From Phoronis australis (lineage: Eukaryota; Animalia; Phoronida): 64,000 nucleotides of DNA. The position numbers were made by a program, and so were the translations under genes. Below are positions 27,101 to 42,100 of this stretch, in pieces (position 1 is the stretch's first letter; each line of letters starts with the position of its first letter). The stretch is taken from assembly GCA_002633005.1 (NCBI GenBank), contig NMRA01000536.1, positions 10,632 through 74,631 of the forward strand, read 5' to 3'. The notes under the pieces are model-generated. The model searched no databases. It was not told the DNA's origin and saw nothing but the letters and a program-made list of their open reading frames with translations.

Positions 27101-30100
27101 TAGTCTATTTACCCACTTAAGAGAAACACAGATTTTCATTTGCTTAGATTCTAATGGCCAATTTAGATAAAGCAGAAACCATCTCAGCACCTGAGTGTTT
27201 TCACCATAATGCCTCCAGGGTGAGCTGACTCAGCACACTTAACTGCTGGGATGAGTAAACATAACTGGTCAAAAGTTAGACCTTGAAGGGCCAACTCTCA
27301 CCTGATTAAGTTCAATTGGGCCAGGAGAGGTTTTCAATGGGTAATCTCATTGGAGTAGTATTGTAAGTTAATAGGTATTTAACCAGGCACTTGACTGATA
27401 AGATTTCACTGGACAAATAGAACAACAATGGTGAAGTGTGCTGGGCACGTGCAGTGAAATGGAACGCCACCAGCCAGGTTACAATTATTGTGTGATATGA
27501 ATATATCAATGTGTAATCCACAATTACGATGTGATAGGACATCACCGTCAGCCATTAAACACGGGAACCACGTGCACGCAACCTAAAAAGTAGTGTAGAG
27601 GAAACACTGCGTAGGGGAGACACTTCACTTTCCCACAAACTGTGCAAATCTATTTGTTTATTTAAGGTTAAACAATTATGTTTTAACCCGTGAGAAAAAT
27701 GTTATCAGCGCTGAAAACTAATATTGCATTTGAAAAAAAACACATCACTCAAACTGTCACCAAAACCGAGCAGGCCTTTAATACGACAATGGGATGTCAA
27801 CAAAGCAAAACAACAGCTCCAAAAATATCAATGTCCAGACAAGTATTTCAGTAAATATTGGGCTAGGCTAATGGTTTCAAACACACTGCAAGAACATGGC
27901 AAGTAAAGTCATAATAGCCATGTTTTACGTCCTATGCCGATTTCTAACAGGATCACATTATGGTGCAGCACCTCTTTGCTATCGAAACATGAAATGAAAA
28001 CAATAAATAACTTGCACAGTCAACACTGGAATACCAAATTGTGCTAACAGCTTAGCCTGGGATTAATCTTGAAAGACCTGTCATTACTAAAGTGGGCGGT
28101 GCAAGATCAGGTTAATATTCAAATGGGAAAGTGCGCACATGACTGAACCATCGATCTCTAGATGATGATGAAAATAAATCCCGTTAAGGCACTAGACCGC
28201 ATTCAGGTATTCGTGGCTGCTATTGATCCAGGGTCTTGTGAACGGGTATGTACAAATACTGGGTATTTACAGCCGAGATGGAACGGTGCTTAATTCGAGT
28301 GGAAGATGTCAGGGCCTCGGGCAGGATCAGCACCAACTGGCATAGTTTGAATGCAAACAGATTATAACAGTCGACTAAACACCTCGATTGGTATTGTCCT
28401 TTGTGACGGCGGAGATCAAATTAAATTCCATATAATCTAGAGGTTTTTGGTATCCAATTAAATTCTGCAAATGAGAGGTTCTTATTATTTGTTTTCCTTG
28501 GTTGTGGAGTAATTAATATCAGAAACTGAATACAGTAGAGACATTGACAACAAGCAATTATGAGTGCTTTGCAAGAACAATGGATCTCGTTTTGAAATGA
28601 GCAGTTTGTAATTACCGACATATTAGAAAAGGGAAACGGCAACTGATTAGACTTACAAAGGGTTGGAATTTTAATATTTCCTAAAACAAATCAGCCATGT
28701 TCACTTTATTGGATTGATCAAGTGATTAGAGCAATGGTTTAGGTAATCTGTTTTTAATTTCCTCTAAACTGAACTGGGAGAACATTTTAAAGTGAAATCA
28801 AAACCATGAGACTGATGACGGTGTAAAACAGAAATTTCTTTACAAATAATTATGAAGGAATAAAAATGAAGAATTCTGAACAACATGTCAAAAATTACAA
28901 ACTAAACATAAACCAAATGGGACATTTTATGAGTAGCAGTGAGTGGCATAAGGAAATTTCCATCATGAAGATGATATGTATTTGCAAATATTTCTCTCAG
29001 TTTTTCATAAATAACAAACACAATATGATTGAGGTAGTGTTTACGCCCCCAAGAAATGCCAGTTGCTGGTAATGTCACAAAGTTTATCTGCTTTTGTTCC
29101 CTCCCATGTAACAATACAACAATTCCTCAATTACTTAGCTAAGGAATGGCTGACAAGCAAAATTCTATTCTGTCAAATTTTTCTAAAAAGAAAAAAGAAT
29201 ATTTTAGTCTATTACTGGCAGTAGCAGACACTAAAAACAACAATTACAATTGCTAACAGCAAAGTAATCCGCCTTTGAAAAATGGAAAAATCATAAGTTT
29301 GGTAATTATTTTTGTACGAATTACCAAAATGGTATTCACTTGAAAATGACTTGATGTCATGTGAACTCAGAGGCTTTCCCAACAGCGCGGCTACTGTATT
29401 CAGAAAAATAGTTTCCTCAGTTAAAAGCACATCTTATGGACCAGATAAACTCAGTCCACTGACTCACAAACACAGCTCATGGAAAGCCAGACACGACTTA
29501 GCAACTGCCCGAAACAAGGTTCACCACGGACTGCCAAACACGGTGGTGGGCTCACAGAACAAGGCTTATGCACCCGAAAATCCATAACCTTACTCACCAA
29601 CACCGCCCACAGACAGCCCATTCGGAGACGCAAGGAATACACTACCAAAAAATTTGCTTACTATCTGAAATGTTTTCCTTGATTTTGACATCCACCTATG
29701 AGTTCAGTCGAGGAGACTTCGGAAGGCGTGTATCTGGTGCGATCATACTCTTCCTCCGAGTATTGATCGATTAGTTCAAGCAAATTCTTATTCTAATCAC
29801 CAATTCTTAACTTTGAATAAAACAATCAAATTTAAGAATTGGATAAGATAGCCATCCATTTCGCATTAAAAGATTTGCTTGCAGAAAGTATAATGATAAA
29901 CAGCTAGGGTCCGGGATGCTTCTATTTTGGGGCCAAATATCAGCTCCATTCATCACTGAAAAGTATTTTAAAATCACACCATACTGCCATCATTAGGCCC
30001 AAAATTTCCCTAAAATGACTAAAAAACACCCCCACACACAGAAACACTCCTAACTCCCATAGTCCTTCAAATTGGTGGTGGTTGTTGAAGACACAGGGGG

Positions 30101-33100
30101 GCCCTGACAAAGATGTCCCCATTAACAAAGACAACACATGGAGATAAAGACAGCAATGATTAGTACGTTATCTTTATTGGTAATTACAGATCACCTACAG
30201 CATTGAATTGGAACAGCATTGTCACAAACTGCTCGAGTCCATTTCCACCCAACATATGGCCAGGGAATCTACAGACCCAAGCTCACTCTTAATGACTGGT
30301 CTCTGAAGGTGCTCTAGCAATTAAAAGGATCAATTAGTGTAACCAGCAAACCGGCAAGATGTTTGGTTAGGGAAAGGACAGCAGCTCCCTCTAGATTTCC
30401 ATGCAGCAACTTTCCAATACACAATGTTAGTTTTCATGGTACCCCATAACAAAATTTTGTCAATGGTCCACAGTAGCCAGTATAACTACTAGTATTTCGG
30501 ATGGTCGAAATTCCCGAGAAAACTGTGTTGAGATAACAGTTGTCTAACTCCTCAAAATGTTTCTTTCACTTTTTCACGAAGCTTGGTAGACTAGCGAGCA
30601 ACAGTCGATTACAGATGACCCAAATTTAGAGAACCAGTTTGATGGCTTTAATCCTAAAGAGAAAACTAGTTCTTAAAACATGACCTCATTGAAAATGATT
30701 TTATGCCCACTAGCCAATAGATTCAAATTGGTGTCCAGTCTAAAGTCATTGAAGACCTCAAGATTTCATTAGGGCAACATTGCATGATGTTGAACTTTCA
30801 ACTTGTGCTCCATTTTTAAACCAATTTTTGTCGGCTCAGCTACGTTTATTCTACCTTACTGTTTTGCATGTTACGCATTACAAACCGGTGTACCTCATAC
30901 CTTGTGTGCATAGGGTGAGGTACAAGTCTATTTTCGTTCGAAAAAGCCAGTCATAAAGCATCTACCTTGTGTGTACTTTTCATCATTGCTGGCATGACAA
31001 AACAAACTGGGGAATGGATTGATAACAAAGCGGTATCTGCTAGTTGCGTGTCATCAGCACTCAGTGACCTATAGCGCTTACCACTGGCCAGTGACGAGAA
31101 AAATCTGCAAAATGGGCCTCCTAGAAAAGCAAGCATAACAGCAGGTAATAAGTTGCACAAGGGCAGACCCACGTCACTTAATTACCATTCAACCCTATTA
31201 AAAACCACTTCTAATCACAAGACTGGGAATGTGGAAACGCAGCGGCTAAATATTTGATGTTTAGAATCAAAACTCGATTATCAGCCATGTTTTCATACCT
31301 AATGGTGAGATTAGCTCAAATTGACCTGTGGAATTTTTTAGTCGCGAGATATCAGGAGACACCACGCTGAGTCATGACAGCCACCAACATGAACTTGAGA
31401 TCGGGATGATGACAAGATCACACTAGGCTAATCCATAAAAATTCACAACATTTGGAAACACGATTGATTAAATGTCAATCAAGTTCATATTCTGTCACCG
31501 ATAACTGTTCACCTGACACTGTCATATGACTATTTGGACACGTATGTACTTCGACAAAAATGTGAGAAATCATACACAAACTGCTTTCAAGGAAGAGCGT
31601 GGTTCAAATTTACCACAAGGGGAAAAACGTCCCTTGTTTTGATAATTTCACTCCTAGGCTGCAAAACAAGAAGCACAAAAATGGTTGGAACTATTTGTTT
31701 AAAGAAGTTAAACGTGTGAAAAGCATTTATAACCTCATGGCCTTCCTTCCTATTTCAAAAGTTAGAAGCAAAAATAACCTGGAAAGACTGAAATTTGAGC
31801 CCTTTTAGATAAACCCCCGAAAAAGTCCACCGACACTAGGGTAACTCTTCCCATGTTTGACTGACAGCATAATGGGGGAGGCAGTAGATTGCAATTTCCA
31901 TGTTCTGAAGAAAAATGAACAAATGAATGTTAATATTGTACAAAAGTTTCAGCGACAACGGTTTATTTTTGTAGAAAGTAAGCCATTGTTTGAACATGAA
32001 AAATGACAATTTCAGAATTTTTGTTGGTAAGAAATCACCAATTTATTCTATGTTTTTAGGTTTTTCCTGTTTTTAATCATGAAATGATTCAGAAGTATAT
32101 TATTGTTGTGTTCGTGTGGATCTTACCATACCTAGCACTGCAGTGGCCCTTTCACTCTCAGTTATGAGCGTTTATTATCACACAAAGAGCAGACTATCTG
32201 CTTAATTTATCAGAGGCAGGTTATTCCAGAGGGAAGTTGCAATATTATCTTAATATTTACAGGAGTGCTCACTCTACGTGAACCGCTTATCTCCAGTTTG
32301 CAAAGAGCCTGGCTGAGAGATGTAAGGGTTGCCGTTCACCACAAGGGGTCACCGTGCATGTCTCACCTTCAGACAATGAAAGTGGAAGTCCGTGTTCAAT
32401 TGGAGAGTCATGCAACCATTAATGTTTTAGCCCAGAAATTACATCCATGGGGAGCCCACCTAATCATCAGTGAACTTGTGAAAATCTACCAAATGTGAGC
32501 AAAATTTTTTTAAGGAGCTATACGTGATATTAGAAAGTGTGAGCAAAATTTTTTGAAGGAGCTATACATGATATTAGAAAGTGCAATGGTGTTTTAATTA
32601 AATTACTAATCAATTTCTAAAACATTATTAAATATGTCTACAACATCAAATTTGATTGGTATGAAAAGACATGGAAGGAAAAATGGTTCGTACATCGAAT
32701 GCAGCAAAAAAAAAATTGAAGACAAGTACGACAATACAAAGATTTACCATATTAGTCGAAAATGTAGAAATTGTGATAATGAAGAAAATTGCATTGTCAG
32801 TCAGACCCTGTGCATTAATTTACATATGGCTACACCCCATCTGAATTATTGTTTGTAATCAACATTCCTGTTCCTTGCTACTGGGTTAAATACAAATTAA
32901 ATTTATACAAAATATCAAGACTAAGGAATTCACAAAAAACTTGTAATCTCAAAAGTAGAGCTTAACAACTGCTAGAGGAATAAAATTGTGCCTCACTGTG
33001 CGGATGCCGGCACCTGCCTTCACCGTCAACAACTTCCGTCACCACCGACACAATCAAGGATTCCTAGGACAAGGCACACGTGAAGAACGCCATATCCACC

Positions 33101-36100
33101 TGCCAACCCCGAGTTGTCCAGGGTTCAGAATGACAATAAATTTAGCCAACTGCCTTCTGATCTCTGATATAACAGATTATGAAAGGATCTCCAGTTAGAC
33201 AACACACTAGATCAGTTGAACAGCTCGGTTACTCAAGTGACTGTTGAATTCTTGACAAAGACTACCAGTTGAGAACCAAACAGATCCTTGTCTGTGGAGT
33301 GCATGATTCGAGATGTTCAGCAGACTTCAAATGTTGAAAAGGAAATGTTTCTGGAGTTATTAATTCTTGATGACTAGAAGGGGAGGGGGCTTTGGGGATT
33401 AATCGAAGATTACACTAAATTTGTCCTGATTAATGTTCAAATAAAAATTGTTAATTTTTACTTGCATATCAAGTGACAGTAAAATAAAATATGCGGTTTA
33501 TCGCAACCAGTGAATCGACGAATCACACATCAGCGAATACTCAAAGCCTCTTCTATATATATATTTATTTTTATCAAGAAAGATTTTCAAATAATAAATT
33601 GTTTTGAGAAGTGCTGACGAATAAAAACTACCCAGACACATTTTCACAAACCACCACAGTAGCAACCGAACTGACATGATATACAACACCAATCAGGTAA
33701 ACCTCAATCACTCAACACTGCATTCCATTAGGTAGCTGCCACTTTCTGAAACACCCAAAAATCACATACCTTTAGCCTTCAGTGCCAGTGCCAAGAAGAA
33801 ATCAACCCCTTCCTCATACACAATGGGCTGGCGACCGATCGTCATTTTTGAAAAGCAATCTAGCACAAAATAATATGTAAGAACTCACTAAGCGTTTAAT
33901 AGAAAAAAGATACAAACAAAGGAACATGATCTTCAAACAGCCTTTAATCCAATTATTCAGAAGGTTGATGCAGACAAAATGACTTTGAAGACTGTACATT
34001 TGTTTAATAATAATAGTAACAATAACAATAACATCAATAATAATAATAACTGAGGCAATTTTATCATAAAAGATTAAACACTAATGTATTTTTAAATTAA
34101 CATGATGAAAATCAGTCACTTAATTGAACAGAAAGTTAACACAAATAGAAGGCTCACCTTACAAGATGAACTGAAAACTACAAGCTCCCTACTCTGCCGT
34201 TTAATATTTCTTGAAACACTTGTTCTAGTCAAAAGTCACCACATGTGTTCACCTTTTCCTGGCTAAGGTGTGGAATGAGCTGTGCTTATGTACAGCCAGG
34301 TATTTAAGCTATCACCCATGTGCCAGGGTAATTGTAATTTCAAAGCAAAACAGTGGACAGATTGTTTGAGATTATTATAATCTAATTGATCAGTATTTAA
34401 GACACCACTTTCACACAATACATCAGCAGAGACACCTGTTATAGTACAGATTTCCTGTGTGCTAATGGACTACTCCAGTATAGGGGTAAACGAACAACAT
34501 ATCGAATTCTAACCATTTTAAATACACTTTTGTCAAGAGACAATGACACTTGTCACATTTAAAAAGAAAAACGTACCAGCAGTTAAGACTTTTTCTCATA
34601 CAAAATGTATATTCTACAAAACAGTTCAGTCATCTATTCTGCCTATCACCCTTAAAGGGTGGACTATTCCGCAGCAGTTCTGATGCATTGATTCCACCAA
34701 CCAATGAAGAATTCAACAGCTAGCACAGGTGATTGGTTGGTTAAAAAACAAGATAGTTATCTGTAGAAGCTGGAGGCATCCCATTACCTCTAAATGAAAG
34801 ATCAAATTGAAGAACAACACTGATATTGTTGAGAAAGTGGAAATGGTATTTAGAATCACAGTGTTTATGTCAACAAAGGGTAGAACTGACCGGTCAAGGA
34901 ACCGTTACTTCAGAAGACTTTCAAGTGTGTTATTTCAGAGGGTAAAAAATTCAAGAGACAAAACCAGCTCTTCCATTGAGTTATAAAATACAACTCAAGA
35001 CAGACAAGGGACAATGAGATAGCCAGGGCAATCTAATTCACTTCCTGGTCATTTGGTTTACAGCAGGATTGCCAGGGTCCAATACAATCAAATCCATTTC
35101 TCTCAAGTACAGACAACAACTGCTCAGAAGCAAATGCCCACCATTTAATTAAAGTCTAAAATCAAATGCAGCATGAGGCATGAAAATCAATTTGCTACAA
35201 ACAACCACTTGTCTGTTTTGCACTGCAGGACAGGATAATTCCTGAATGTTGATTGTAAATTAGTACTTGTCCTCAACTATTGGAACTTGGCACAGGGACT
35301 GTCCAAACACCTCCCTGGGGGGTAGGGGCCATGACAACAGGATTCATGGTGATCAAAGGCTTAAGCAGACAGTCAGGAAACAGGAAATGACATGTGCACA
35401 CAACCCATCAAGAAGTGAGTATAGTCAATATAGGCACACATGCACATCAGCTAGTAATCTAATTAGACAGGTTGTGAACTGGAGTTTGTTTACACCTGAA
35501 TACATGCTGTGTGAGATCTGGATGGGGGAAGTGTGGTGATTGTTGCCTAGGCAGGAAGTGGGGCACATGTGCAGGAGACTGCGCTAATGCCGATCAAATT
35601 ATAATACGATTTTCAATATCTTCCGCCTAAATTAAATAATGTTCATGTAACTTCAACGCATCCAAGAAAGGAATTCAAATTTTCAAAATTCTCAACTTTT
35701 GGTCTGGTCTTCAATGGACCACACAAATTTCACTGGGAACATTTTTGAGAATTCACAGCAATGTAGCAAAACCCTTCGAAATAGATACCATGGTAATTTC
35801 AGAAATTGCTTTGTCCGAAATTTTAAAACGCAAAAAGAAAAAACGCGAAGCCTTAAGAAAACTACCACGAGAGACATTCCTACCAAAGCACCTGTAATCC
35901 CAATAACCGTGTTGGAAGTGGACTTTTTGATTTGGGACCTCTTCGTACGAAATTGGTTTCAACTAACTGTTCCCATATTAGCTAAGTGATCCCTGGGTTT
36001 AAAAAATTATCAGTTTGTTACTCCCTGATACTGTGCTGCAACACATAAACTGACATGCCAAATCAACTTATAGAGCCTCCAGAAATAAGGAACTGCTAGT

Positions 36101-39100
36101 GGTTTTGAAGCCCTCAAATTACATTGATTTTACTAAGGAATACTTTGAGACCAATTTCATATTGAGTAAATGCTCTAAAACAAATTCTATTTTTTGTGAA
36201 AAAAGGTTCTGGCTGATTTAAATAAACTTTCTTGACCAGTTTTAAGTTATATATTATATAACAAAACATAATGTAATACAAATTATTATTGTTGTATACA
36301 TCACAAGATTAAGAACAGCAAAACACAGGGAACACACAAGTCAAACGAAAATAAGTGAGCCAAGGTCAAGGGTTCAAGGAAATAAGCCTTTGAGTTGAAG
36401 TCTTCATTCCAATTAATTAATCAATCATTTTTGACAGTAATTATTTTCCTTTTTGTTTGGATGTGTAATAGTTAGTAGATGTTTAGCAATTCTGCAGTTT
36501 GAGCCCATTTAGATTGACTGGAGAATACCTTTAAAACAGTGAATAGTTTATCAGCCTATACGCACACTAACTGACAAAAACAGAACAGTTGTTCCAAGCT
36601 CTCAGTTGTCAAAAGCCCCATTGTACTTTTTGTATAGCTAAAACATAGAATTAACAAAGAAATGTATAACTATCGGAGGACAATTATGTAATTAGAGGTG
36701 CATAACCAGAACACAATTTGTCATTAATTACATTACTCTGTTTATATTACAATGTAAAATGCATGGTGACTCATTTGACAATTGTATATTGCCTAGTTAA
36801 CTGACTGAGGGCTGCTATTGAGGAGTGGAGGAGTCAAATTTCTCCCCCAACCACCATTCATGCAGGAGCCATTGAGACTGTCGATCAGTTTCCATGATTG
36901 TGCGCAAGACAATGGCAACTTGAGAAGGAACGCGTGTCGGTCAGATTTTGGGCAACAGGAGCTTGGGGAGAAGCAAAAAATGGACCAATAGGAAGGGGCA
37001 AGAAGAGCAGAAGTGTGCCAGGACAGTGATCTTTTGTTATCTCCCCTGCAGCCAGTTAGAGCAATCCACATACAGGGTCTTATCTCATTCAAGGTTGACC
37101 AACCATAAAACTATAGAGCTCCCTAACCACACCAAACCACACATATTATTGTGAAACTGGAGGGCCAGAGAAAGAGGATATGAATAGGTTCTGTGATTGT
37201 AATAAATCTGTTTGTTAAATCCTCCTGGGTTAATGTTAAGGTTAACCTTGAAATGCCTTTGCTATTTAGGGAAGTTGCCCAGAAATAAATCAGAGAAAAA
37301 GGTAAATCACTTTGAAATAGAGCACAAGGTTAATTCTAACATCGAAATAAAACTATTAACACCATGGCACAAACAACAAATCAAGGGTGCAATCTCTACT
37401 TTATAAAGGCAAGCACTTCTAAGTCCTAATTGCTTTTCCTCTTCATATGCTCCTGTTTATTTTCAAAACTTGATCACTAATTCAGAGAAACCAACATGTT
37501 TTTCTTGAAGGTACAAGTGTTTATGTGTACACCTAATTGACAATAGACCAAGTTGTGGAATTTCTGGTGTAAGTGGTTTGTTAAAACCCTTGGTGACCTG
37601 TAGCAAAACAACAGGATGGTGTTGGGTTTCACTCTATGCACTTTGACCTATCTCTAGAAAAGAATTTTTCACGATATGTAAATTGATAGCCATAACTTCG
37701 CAGGCAACCTTTGAAGAATCACAATAAAAAAACAATGCAGTGGTCACTTTCCCCAAGACTGACACTCCCCTTACTTTTCGTATTACCCCTCTATGGGGGA
37801 GTCAATACTGCGAGTTCTCGGCTTTACACACCAGATGGCATAGTTGATTCACACTCGCATTGCACGTCGCGTCTTGTGGCGTTTACGTCCATGAGAGGAG
37901 AATTTAGTGCGCCTATTTTTCAAGGAGTTATGACGACTGTTTTAAGTCTGGGAGCTTACCTGCACACTGAAACACCTGGGAAAGCAACGTGTGCCTATAG
38001 AGCAAGGATTGCCTTTTTGCTCGATGCACAGCTTAGCTGCCATAAAAAATAATATTATTATTATTGCTATTTCTCTCAGCAAGCCTTGACTACTTTTCCC
38101 ACAGCTAAAGAGTATTTTGCCAAGAGAGCTAAACCAACAGTGTTTCCACAAAGCCGTGTTTTTGGGTTAAGCTCAAGAGGACACATTTTGAGTTAATATG
38201 TACGTTTGTTTGATCAAATTTTTTATAAGATGAAAGAAATAAAACAAAAGAATCAACCAAAAGTTAGATTTGGTTACCCCACACACAGCACATTAGACAA
38301 AAGAAGTCAGAAAAAAAAGTTTTCTCGTCATGACAGACATTTCTGTTAACAGTAAAAATGACAGACCTACAATAACTGTTATGACGGCAAAATTCTAATT
38401 ACAGAATGGCTGAGGCCACCTTTAGTAATAGTCCTGCAACTTCCCGGTCATTCTCGGTCATCAGGGAAGACTGCTCTGATGATTAATTTGGCTTCTCCCG
38501 GCCACCATGACTGGGAATTCTGGGACATTTTGAATGAATACTTGTCTTTGGCTTGCACTGTATGTTGTGAGCCATTCTTTGCAAGTGTACCTTCACATCA
38601 GGTAACTGAAATGGATTGGCCAAAAAAAATTCCGAAGGCGGGTGCACTTGAACCCGGTAGCTTCAACATGCCGATGAACACTGAACTACTGTACACTTCC
38701 TTGTATTCGTGGTAAAATTATCTTAACTAAAGAACCTCTTATCCCAAGCATGCAATATCTATGAGATTAAGTTCTCCAGACAATTGTATAATGACCTTGC
38801 TGAGGAATGCAAATTAACCTGAACAACAATGAACAAGAAGACATTAAAAGACTTTAGTTGACTGCAAATGGTATAATCTCACCAATATCGGACAAAAAAT
38901 TGCCAAATTGCCCTCTTTTGCATTTTTCCAAGGCTAATAACATTGTTACATAAGCTCATCACTTTAAAAATATTGTCTGGTGGTAGCTGTGGTACAAAGA
39001 TTGAACATGGACAAACATACATGTCATTTATGAAAAAATAAGAAAATGAAATTTCAGTTATCCGCCACATTGTTTTGTTGAGTAGGATTTATCATACATA

Positions 39101-42100
39101 GACTTGGATGGAGTTAAAGATAATCCAATGCTAAATCACCAATATACCTCAGCCAAAATTGAACAGCCATTTGACACCAGGGCGTACATTCTGACATTAC
39201 TTTGCCTGAGAAGTGTCAGCTATCTAATTTTAAATGAAAACTAAAAAAATTCAAACCAACCATCTGATTAAAAAATGATGCAAAAGCTTTGCTTTCAATA
39301 TCTCTAAAGAACACCAAGAAAAAATATGAAGAAAAAGGCAAACAAACTAGAGATTGGTATTTCAAGTCATAAAAACGTCATTGAACAAGTTCTATTTATT
39401 GAACAGCAACTCTGAACTCTTTGTTTTTCACTTATTTCTTATCTCCTACATACTGGGAATGGGTTGAGATGACGTCAGTCTATCATAGACGGAATTTCCA
39501 AGAACATGGAGAGATTCAATACCGCTGAATGCTACCCAAAGCATCACTTTATCAGGAAACAAGGTACACCCTTTACATTAGTATTAGATTATGGTACGCA
39601 TAAATTTAGGCAAGGTATAACTTTAAGAGACAAACTTAGAGAGAAAATGTTTTTAGAGATCGGCCCCAAGACAGACAAACTCACATCACCAGTGGCAATC
39701 CAACATTTTGCTAGAAGTGGAGGTAAACCACTCGATAAACATAAAATATTTGCATATTTAAATGACCAAGTCATTAGTCTGGGTCTCAACGAATGACAGG
39801 CAAACGAGAATTAGCAACTTGTAATAAAACCACAAAACAATGGATTTTGCTGTTCTAATATCTAGCTGGTCACCACTAATTTTACCTCAACAATAAACCA
39901 AAAATGCATTTTTGTCCCTAAAACCGATTACGTCCCTTTAAACTGGAATAATTTTACTTTTTTATTTTAATTGCAAGTTGTCTGGTACACATTGTTGCAG
40001 ACATGCGCAGGCCCATTGCACTGATCAAGTGGAACGTGCTTTATGAACTTTAACACTGAGCTGAAGAGCTAGAGACCTATTCACCTCTTTCACGAACGCG
40101 GGGCGCTGCTGTCGTGTTGATCGAAAACGAGGCGCCTTGACAAACATGGCATCGTCCTGCAAGGTGTTGTGGTCAAAAGACTTATCAACGTTACCAAAAA
40201 TCAAGTTGTCTGATGTTGACTTGATCTCCAAAAAACATACCAATACTTACGGCAACTAGACTTTTACCCTCCTCAGCCATTCCTTAGTAGTTTTCCCTCT
40301 TTTGAAAAAGTGTGGAAGTCAGGGATATACCCAGGCTTTTAGTCTTGAAAAACCCTGCTCGCCAGCTGGGCGAGTGCCGGAGCCAGAAAATCTACTCGCC
40401 AAGCTCGAAGTTCGGTCACCCGGCCGTTGGCGCCAGTCACCACAAACTTGCTGCTAATTTAAATAAAAATCATCGTTTCGTGCACTGATGTCACCATCTA
40501 TTAGGGCTACCGTATTCGCTCTAATAAGCGCCCAGGGGGACTCTTTTTGTCAGTAGCCTACGTCAGTTAAAACCTGGTCTCCGAAACGGGTGAAATCGGA
40601 AGCTAGGATTCATCAAATTTACGCGCTGTGACGTATGTGTAACCTATGACAGACTAGCTACAAAACTGTGGTGCATTGCTATCAAACTCTGTTTTTAAAT
40701 TACGATCTTTTTAAAAAANNNNNNNNNNNNNNNNNNNNNNNNNNNNNNNNNNNNNNNNNNNNNNNNNNNNNNNNNNNNNNNNNNNNNNNNNNNNNNNNNN
40801 NNNNNNNNNNNNNNNNNNNNNNNNNNNNNNNNNNNNNNNNNNNNNNNNNNNNNNNNNNNNNNNNNNNNNNNNNNNNNNNNNNNNNNNNNNNNNNNNNNNN
40901 NNNNNNNNNNNNNNNNNNNNNNNNNNNNNNNNNNNNNNNNNNNNNNNNNNNNNNNNNNNNNNNNNNNNNNNNNNNNNNNNNNNNNNNNNNNNNNNNNNNN
41001 NNNNNNNNNNNNNNNNNGTCGCACTGCGCCGATGTTTTTTACTGCCGGAGCATCGACACGATGACCAAACTGAATCTTAAATTCATGATAAAAACAGCAC
41101 AAGGAGGAGGAAAATTATTCATATTCATCTGTGAAACGATATATAGTGCTTTTGCGCTCTGAAATTCGCTCGCCACCGGGCGACCGGCAAGTCAACTTCT
41201 ACTCGCCCAGCACCATTTTTACTCGCATTGGCGACTGGGCGAATGGCTAAGTATATCCCTGGGAAAGATACAGACGAGATATTACTGGAATTGGTATGTT
41301 CAGGCACTGCACAGTACACCATGGCCAGCTGATGATCACTCACGAGGTTTTATCAGTGTGCCTCGTTTTCGATCAGTATTTAAAGATGGCGCGGGAAGAT
41401 GGCGCTTTCGTGAAATAGGTGAATAGTGTGCTCCAAACTCAAACCTATGACCTTTAGTAGAAGAAGCGCACATTCATACCACTAGCTGGCCACACTGGCT
41501 CCTCAACTGGTATACTAACTCAAGGCATTATAGTCTTTTTTTCAAACATTACTCTGCCCCCTTGGTGAATAAAACACACGTTCAACTCACTTTCAAATTA
41601 GTTTAAACAAATGCGATCAAACTAAAACGCCAAAAATCTGCAGTGGAAATAACAGTGCATCCTGGAAGTGCACCTTTCCAACTACTTTGGGTCAGGTGTT
41701 ACTGGCAATTGGATGTCTGAACACTCTGAAAGGGAAGAGAGAGTGCTGGGCCATGAGCTGTGAATGAGACAAAAGGGAAGGGTAACAGGGGAATTAGCTA
41801 TAGCTAATCCCTGGTAGTTGAGCAGGAACATATTGGTAGTTATTTGTTTGTTGACAGCTTACAAGATTGTTCAGATCATAGTTGCCTGTGGCTATTGTTT
41901 GGTTAGATGGTGTTACAAGTGTTCAAGAGACTGTATTGGGGAATCTGATTGGCTAATATATGGGACATACTGTTTACAAAGAAAGCCTGGTTATCAAAAC
42001 TGTTTATCATGAATAATTATGTTTGCAATGACAATGGTGCGACTATAAACAGGAAGTGTGCAATGCCACTCATTTTTTTTCTTCAATTCAATCAGGAATA

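Larger units (their letters stand above)
40077..41426. mobile_element. Outer MITE-like element with long imperfect terminal inverted repeats
   Basis: ctattcacctctttcacgaa...tgatcgaaaacgaggc at the left mirrors gcctcgttttcgatca...ttcgtgaaataggtgaatag at the right; CpG-rich relative to the intron. Confidence 0.7.

Noticed and set aside
29598-29664. Possible exon with GTGAGT donor and MGCLWAVL start
   Set aside because: 67 nt with an in-frame stop as a cassette; the ATG frame ends in phase 0, incompatible with phase-1 exon 2.
30889-30924. Hairpin tgtacctca...tgaggtaca with a let-7-like TGAGGTA
   Set aside because: Only 36 nt, stem does not extend, and the rest does not match let-7.
40668-41162. 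ORFs spanning the N run
   Set aside because: Artefact of translating Ns.
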